Positions 58,134 to 64,000 of a DNA stretch of 64,000 nt are shown piece by piece; the first letter of the stretch is position 1, and each line of letters begins with the position of its first letter. Below the pieces are notes generated by a model. That model did no database searches. It was not told the origin of the DNA and saw only the letters and a list, made by a program, of their open reading frames with translations. The translations under genes were made by a program, and so were the position numbers. Source of the DNA: Cyanophora paradoxa CCMP329 (Eukaryota; Plantae; Glaucophyta); assembly GCA_004431415.1 (NCBI GenBank), contig QPMI01000589.1, positions 1 to 64,000 on the forward strand. Direction: 5' to 3'.

Positions 58134-60295
58134 CTAGACGCTTCCGTGCAAGATAGGGCGATGTACATGCACGTATCCCAACGCTACACTCTCCGCTCGG
58201 CGCCATCTCGCTTCGTACGTCTGCGTGGCCCGGAAGGCCCCGGCTGGCAACCGCCCGGCGAGCTCTGCCCCGAGCGGCCCTGCCGCTCGAAGGCTCTCCC
58301 ACAGCCGCAACCGCCGCACCCGCTCGCGCGCCGGGCCTCCGTCGTCCTTGCCTGCATTGCGCTCGTAATCCACGTCCGAGTCGTCTATGAAGAAGACGGC
58401 GGCTGAGCGGAGGACGGGCGCGGCGGCCGCCAGCAGGCGCCGTAGGGCTTCGCCGTAGGGGCCCCAGTCCTCGGTACGAGGCCAGCGGCTTTCCGTGCCG
58501 CCGCAGATAACTGCAAGTCAGATCGTCAGACGACGGGCGGACTGCGCGCGCCTAATTCGAAGCCTAGAAGGCTTATGTAATTAATATAAGCGCCTCCACG
58601 AGCGCGCATCACCTCGAAGACTAGAGCTCTCGAGCTAGAAGCGCGCACCTAGGAGGAGGTCGAGGTGGCGGAGGCTCGACGACCGCTCGAGGGCGTCCGC
58701 GAGGCCGTGCAGGACCTCCGTGTCGACTGCCGAGCCGGCGCTGCAAGCGTACGAGAGCTCCGCGAGCTTCGGGCAGGCGCCCAGGCAGGCCACGGCCTCC
58801 CGCGCCTGTGCGAGCTCCTGGCCATCGTACTTGATCTGCCAATCGCAGTGTGAGCGCTCGTCGCACGCTTGTGCCGCTTGCGAGTGTCGCACGAGGGAGA
58901 GGCCCTTTGTGAACAGGAGGCGCTCGAGGCTTCGCATGGCCGGCAGCGCCCGCATCGTAGCAGGCGCAAAATCAGCCCCACGGCACCAGGTGCCGGCGCC
59001 GTCATCGTCTGAAATTTGCTCTGGAATACTGATCGAAAGCTCGAGTGAGGGAACTCCACGCAAGGCGTTTGGGGCCGGGATCGGGGCTCACGTGTCACCG
59101 AGGATGCGCAGGTTCCGCCCAGCCGGGCTGGCGGCGAACTCGGCAAAGCCAGAACCGAGTATCAGAGTGTTGTGGCACCACAAACGCAGCTCTTCCAACT
59201 GCCAGAGAGAGTGAGCCCGGAATCTAAATCTAGATCTAGCTAATTATATAAGAGCCGAGGGGGTGGGGGGGGCGGGGGGGCGGGGGGGGGGGGGGGGGGG
59301 GGCACCTTCGAGAGTGATGACAGACCAACAAGAGCGTCGTCGTTCAACGGGCGGATCCACAAACGCTGCAGGGCGGGGCACGAGGCCGCAATGGCGGCTG
59401 CATGTTGTTGATCGATGCGTATGGAGTTCGGAAGGAGCAGCAGCTGGAGGCGGGAGAAGGGCGCGAGCGCGTGGCGGAGCGCCCCCCCGCTGATGCCGGC
59501 CGCGATCTCCTCTTCCTCCTCGATGTGATCATCGTCCACCGGGCGATCATCATCCGCGATGATGAGGCTGGACAAGTGCACGTGGCTCGTTGTCGAACGC
59601 GGTGGCTGCAGCGCGCGCAGCGTGCTGAATAACTGCGAAGGAATGATGCAGCGGCAAATTTCATACAGATGCTGAAGCTGCTGACGGTCGATGTCGACGT
59701 CTCGCGAAAGGCGCTCTAGATCCAGGTTCGGCACGCGGTGGAAGACAGCGACGTGCCGGAGGCCCCCCGCCGCCAACACGCACGCCCGAAGAGCGTCGTG
59801 CGCCGCGTGCCCGGGCGCATCGACTTCGGCTTCCGCGAGTAGCTCCTCATTGAGCGCACTGGTTGTGGGTGTGTCGTCAGGGCTGCTGCTGCGCATGCGG
59901 TCGACGTCGACGTCGAGATCCAGATCTAGATAATTGATGTCGAGCTCCACGGCCGCCGCCCCGCCGCGTCGCAGCCGCAGCCGCCCGCTCCGCACGACCG
60001 CTGCTAGTGTTCTGAACGTTTCTGGGCGCGTCCCGTCCACCTGCAGCTCGCACCACTCGATCTCCTCCACAAGCCGCCGCCACTTGCGGCACGCCTGCCG
60101 CGCCGTCCGCCAAGCCTCGGCCGCGCCGAGGTGTTCGCTGAAGATGCGCTCCAACAGCGCGTCCGGGAGCACGTCAATGACGCTGCCGTACGCGTCTGTG
60201 TCTGTCACCGAGCTTTTCGCGGCTGCTGCTGCTGCTGAAGAAGAAGCCTGTCCCGCATCGATATCGGGTCTGGCGCGCTTCGTACTCGGCTCCAT
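58134..60295 (-). CDS. F-box/LRR protein related to the 31780 gene
   Basis: KRAR N-terminus, VIDVLPDALLERIF...W.TARQACRKWRRLVEEIEW, IAASCPALQRL and LEELRL repeats. Confidence 0.8.
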
Positions 60296-60562
60296 GACGC
60301 TGCGCCGAGCGAAGTGAGTCAGACATCGGCGAGCGACCGCGCACTTCGCTCCACGAACGCACTTCGCACGCTTTCAAAATGATCTAACCGCGCCCCCGGC
60401 GCCACAGTGAACGTTTCGGGGCTCTTCAAGTAGCCGGCATATGCAGATGCAGCCGCAGAGCCAAGGGCGACTGCGGCGAAAGCTGGGGGGACGAGCCCGA
60501 GACGGCTACGTATACGCAAGCCGACCAAGCCGAGTCTAGAAGCTTAAGCTTAAGACAGACGG

Positions 60563-62257
60563 ATGTCCCTCTCGGAGCAAGGCGGCGGCGATCAGCTGCA
60601 GCAGGTTCCCGGAGCTCACTCCGCCTCGGTACGCGTCGCCGAATGCGCCGCGACGTCGACGCCGCGCGCGCTTCATCTGAACCCGCGGGCCGGGGCGCAG
60701 CTGGAGCTGCTGCCCGCGGACGTGCTCGCGCGCATAATCGAGATCGCTTACGCGGACCCGCTGGAGGCGCTGCCCTTCCTCCCGCGGGGCCGGCCGGGCC
60801 TCCCCTTCGTCCCAGCCGTCCGGGCGGCCCTCCCGCTCGTCGTCTGGCGCCGCGCCAGCCTCCCCGCCGGCTTCCAGGCCTTCGAGCACGTGTCCCGCCT
60901 CGTGCGGGTGGGCCTCGTGCGCGCCGCGCGGCGCCTGGAGGTGCGCGTGGCCTCCGGAGGCGACCCGCTCGCCGCGGCGGAGGCGGCGCGGCGACTCGCG
61001 ACGCGGCACCTGACCGAGGCCGAGCTCTCCGTGTCCGCCGAGCTCCTCGACTGCCTCGGCAGCGGCCCGCTCGCGGCGCTGTGCGAGGCCCTCGCCCCCT
61101 CCGCGAACCTCGCCTCCCTCCGCCTCTCCTGCGGCTCCCTGCGACAGCGGCGCCGCCTCGACTGGCGCCCCCGCGACGCCCGCGCCCTCCTCTCCCCCTT
61201 CCCCGCCCTCCGCCGCCTCCACCTCAGCGACCTGCGGCCCTCGCCCCGCGCCGCCGCCGGCATCGCGGCCGGTGCCCCCCGCCTCGCCGAGCTCGTTGTC
61301 GACTTCTACGGCGAACCCGATGCCCCCCTGGACTCCAGCTCCGCCGCAGCCTTCGGTACCCTCCCCGAGCTGACCTCCCTGACCCTTCGCGGCGCGCCCG
61401 TATCCCCCGACGTCATCCCCCCCTTCCGGCGGCTGACCGACCTCTCGGTGGACGAGCTGAGCCGCACGGCCGCCGCCGCCGCCGCCCGCGTACCCTCCCT
61501 CCGCCGCCTCTCCGCCGCCCTGCCCCACCCCGAGGCCCTCCCCAACCTCCGCCCCCTGTCCCTCACCGAGCTCGAGCTCGCCGGTACCCCCCCTGAGGCC
61601 CTCTCCGGCCTGCCCGCCTTCCTCGCCGGCCCCTCGGCCTGTACCCTCCGCGTCCTCGGGCTGCCCCGCTTCGAGCCCGTGCCCGCCCTCCCCGACGCCG
61701 CCGCCGCCGCCCTCGCCTCCCTCTCCTCGCTGGAGGAGCTGCGTGCCGGCCTCCTGACGCCCGCCGCGGCCGGCGCCCTCGCCGGCCTGCCCCGCCTCCG
61801 CCTCCTGCACGCCCACGTCTCCGACCCCGCCGCCCTCTTCCCGCTCGTGATGGCCCCGCCGCCCTCCCTCGCCGAAGCGGAGCTCCGGCTGCGCGGCGGC
61901 CAGCGCGCGTGCGCCCTCCTCTCCGCTGCGGCGGGGCCCCTGGCGGCCGCCCCCGCCCTCCGCCGCGCCACCGTCGCCCTCCTCGGGCCCGCCGCCCTCG
62001 ACCCCTCCCCGGACTCGGCGCTCGAGCTCGTCGAGGCGGCCGCCCGGCTCCTCCGCGCCGCCGCGCGCCCCGGCCTCTCCTCCACGGTCCACCTCGCCGC
62101 CGCGCACCCGCTCTCCGGGCAGCTCGTCGAGTGGCCGCCGGCAGCCCGCGCCGCCCTCGAGGGCCTCGAGCCGCGCCTGGCCGCCCACTGGCCGTCCCTC
62201 TCCTTCCCCGGCTGCCCCTCCCCCTGCGCCGCCTGCCTCGCCCCTCCCAGAACATGA
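60563..62257 (+). CDS. F-box-like/LRR protein, single long ORF (564 aa)
   Basis: LELLPADVLARII and many LxxLxL repeats (NLASLRL, ALRRLHL, RLAELVV, ELTSLTL, SLEELRA). Confidence 0.78.
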   Translation: MSLSEQGGGDQLQQVPGAHSASVRVAECAATSTPRALHLNPRAGAQLELLPADVLARIIEIAYADPLEALPFLPRGRPGLPFVPAVRAALPLVVWRRASLPAGFQAFEHVSRLVRVGLVRAARRLEVRVASGGDPLAAAEAARRLATRHLTEAELSVSAELLDCLGSGPLAALCEALAPSANLASLRLSCGSLRQRRRLDWRPRDARALLSPFPALRRLHLSDLRPSPRAAAGIAAGAPRLAELVVDFYGEPDAPLDSSSAAAFGTLPELTSLTLRGAPVSPDVIPPFRRLTDLSVDELSRTAAAAAARVPSLRRLSAALPHPEALPNLRPLSLTELELAGTPPEALSGLPAFLAGPSACTLRVLGLPRFEPVPALPDAAAAALASLSSLEELRAGLLTPAAAGALAGLPRLRLLHAHVSDPAALFPLVMAPPPSLAEAELRLRGGQRACALLSAAAGPLAAAPALRRATVALLGPAALDPSPDSALELVEAAARLLRAAARPGLSSTVHLAAAHPLSGQLVEWPPAARAALEGLEPRLAAHWPSLSFPGCPSPCAACLAPPRT

Positions 62258-62409
62258 TTCCAGATTCTGCGGGGACGGCGGCGGGCCCCGGGGGCGGCGG
62301 GGGCGGGGGATCCCGGAGCCTCGGAGGCCGCCGCGCTTGCTTTGCGCCGCGTGGGGCGAGCCTCGGACTCTCTCTCCCGAGTCCGAAAGGGACTCGAACA
62401 CGTCGCCTC

Positions 62410-63008
62410 TGTTGCGTGCAGTGTGAGGACCCGGGATGATTCGGGGAATCACTAGCCTCTCGCGAGATGGCCTATTGGTAGAACTGCCGCCTTGACACCC
62501 CTTAGTCGTTGGTTCGACTCCGGCTGGGTCCGGGTCGCAACGCGTCCATAACATGGGGGCTGCTAACGGACCTGGTTCGACTCCCGACGAGGGATAGACC
62601 GGGCTTCGAATCCCACGCGGGGCGCTAGGAAGCGCTGGCTGAGGGCCGCTGCATCGCGGTACCCCGATAAGCCCGGCACCTGCATCGGTGGCCGCCGAAG
62701 AGCCTAGAAACTGCGCGCACGGAAAAAAGCGGCAGTTGCGGCTGTGTGAAGTGGGTGTCACGTGCGGCATGTGACCGAGGTTGAGATCGCGAGTTGTGAG
62801 GTGAAATGCAGCAATGGAACCGCACGGAAGGATCTCGGGGTCGAGATCACCGTGGCGGGGGGGATGTTGCGTGCAGTGTGAGGACCCGGGATGATTCGGG
62901 GAATCACTAGCCTCTCGCGAGATGGCCTATTGGTAGAACTGCCGCCTTGACACCCCTTAGTCGTTGGTTCGACTCCGGCTGGGTCCGGGTCGCAACGCGT
63001 CCATAACA
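62410..63008 (+). mobile_element. TRIM (599 bp) with tRNA-derived LTRs (Helenus/TRIMp3-like)
   Basis: Identical 144-bp LTRs TGTT...AACA at 62410-62553 and 62865-63008. TSD CCTC at 62406-62409 and 63009-63012. PBS TGGGGGCT at 62554. PPT GGCGGGGGGGA at 62854-62864. Confidence 0.95.
62461..62531 (+). promoter_or_regulatory. tRNA-like Pol III internal promoter in the 5' LTR (second copy at 62916-62986)
   Basis: A box TGGCCTATTGG (62468-62478) and B box GGTTCGACTCC (62511-62521). The 3' half CCTTAGTCGTTGGTTCGACTCCGGCT resembles tRNA-Tyr. Confidence 0.8.
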
Positions 63009-63574
63009 CCTCCTATCGTGCCCGACGTCGACAGACTCTGAGAGTCACCTTCCGACGTACTCGCCGAGTCGACCTCGATCTTCAAGGCTTAGAACCAGAT
63101 CAGTTTAACTGCCAGGCTGAATCATTGAATTCAAGTAGGCCACAGCGTAGAAGAATTTGAACTTCAAGCTTAAGTGGCCCGTGGGGACCGCCAGCGCCAG
63201 GCCGGCCCGGCGGGGGGGTCACGGGTGCAACTTGGCAATGATCATCGGATCCGGAGGCTTCCAAGTTCAAGTTTCGAATTCAAGTTCACAGCTGCAGAGT
63301 CATGCCATGATGATCATCGGATGATCATCAGTGTACTCCGAGGCTCCACGATTCACCGTGGCACGGTCATAATAGTTCGAACCGCTGAGCTAGCGCTGTC
63401 ACGGTGTTTCAAGTCACTGAGTTTCAAGTCGTTTCAAGTTTGTTAGCTAGAGTGGCAGAGGCGCCTCGAGCTCGGTGCTAATCGGAGGACCCAACGCCAG
63501 GCAAGGGGCAACGCCAGGCCAACTGCAGCTGGGCCAAAATGAACGTGTGCACATAGTGCAAAAGGCCTGCTAGG

Positions 63575-64000
63575 CTAATGCGCGCCATTCGAATCAGGCT
63601 GCGCAGGCGGGGGCCACTCGATCTCCCGCTCGACCCTCAGCACCGGCTCCGCGTCGGGGCCGAGGGGGGCCCCCAGGGGGTACACGGCGAGCCGCAGGGC
63701 CCCCGAGTGGCGGACGACCTCGAGGCGCCCCCGCCACGCCTCGGTCTCGGCGCCGGCACCAGTACCCCCCAGCTTCCCAGAGGCCTGCTGGAGGAGGGCC
63801 TCGAGGGCGGCAGCGAGGGCGGCGAAGAGGGCCTGGGGCTCCACGCCGGGCGCCAGGCAGCACGCCGCCAGCCGCGCCGCCGTCAGCGCGTGCATCCCGT
63901 GCACCCTGCCCGAGACTCCGGTCAGGGCCTAGGGGGCTAGGGGCTGAGAGGGGCGCACGGACCGGGCGGCGTTGTGGTAGGCGACGAGGGCGCCGCCGGC
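63575..64000 (-). CDS. 3' end of an unknown gene running off the window
   Basis: Coding-like frame ...LTAARLAACCLAPGVEPQALF...EIEWPPPAQPDSNGAH*. Confidence 0.5.

Noticed and set aside
60319-60528. 69-aa ORF with a hydrophobic stretch upstream of the F-box gene
   Set aside because: No ATG start, it lies in the bidirectional promoter gap, and it has no recognisable motif.
62461-62531. Functional tRNA gene
   Set aside because: The acceptor and anticodon stems do not pair, and the segment is duplicated as part of the LTRs.
60536-62770. 744-aa minus-strand ORF
   Set aside because: Antisense shadow of the LRR gene running into the TRIM.
62410-63008. Retrozyme (hammerhead-containing TRIM)
   Set aside because: I could not find a CUGANGA...GAAA core on either strand. 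The same holds for the 14715-14846 repeats.

Overview
A very GC-rich eukaryotic nuclear window with many short (about 50-100 bp) C-rich spliceosomal introns. The MASF-type plastid transit peptide on a VTE6 homologue, the GC content and the intron style suggest a glaucophyte/archaeplastid alga such as Cyanophora; this is inference. The window has three zones. (1) 1-15.3 kb is a repeat nest: a ~300-bp array, a ~139-bp satellite with higher-order structure, both bracketed by CACAGCCAGC inverted termini, then duplicated hairpin-rich blocks, a Ty3/Gypsy-type integrase with no RT, and a candidate LTR. (2) 15.3-21.5 kb is an AT-richer nest of two TA-flanked CCGT-ended MITEs, two copies of a non-autonomous Helitron and poly(A)-tailed retroposons inserted into one another. 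(3) 21.5-64 kb is gene-dense with mostly head-to-head pairs: a beta-helix protein, ALG5, a ZZ-finger protein, nine F-box/LRR-like genes (five are close paralogues), NIPA/ZC3HC1, ADI1, VTE6 and small unknown genes. The top finding is a complete, very young 599-bp TRIM at 62410-63008. It has identical 144-bp LTRs carrying a tRNA-derived Pol III promoter, a tRNA-Pro-like PBS, a PPT and a 4-bp TSD, resembling a Helenus/TRIMp3 element. Gene boundaries were read by eye across introns and are approximate. Many 1-bp frameshifts look like long-read consensus errors.
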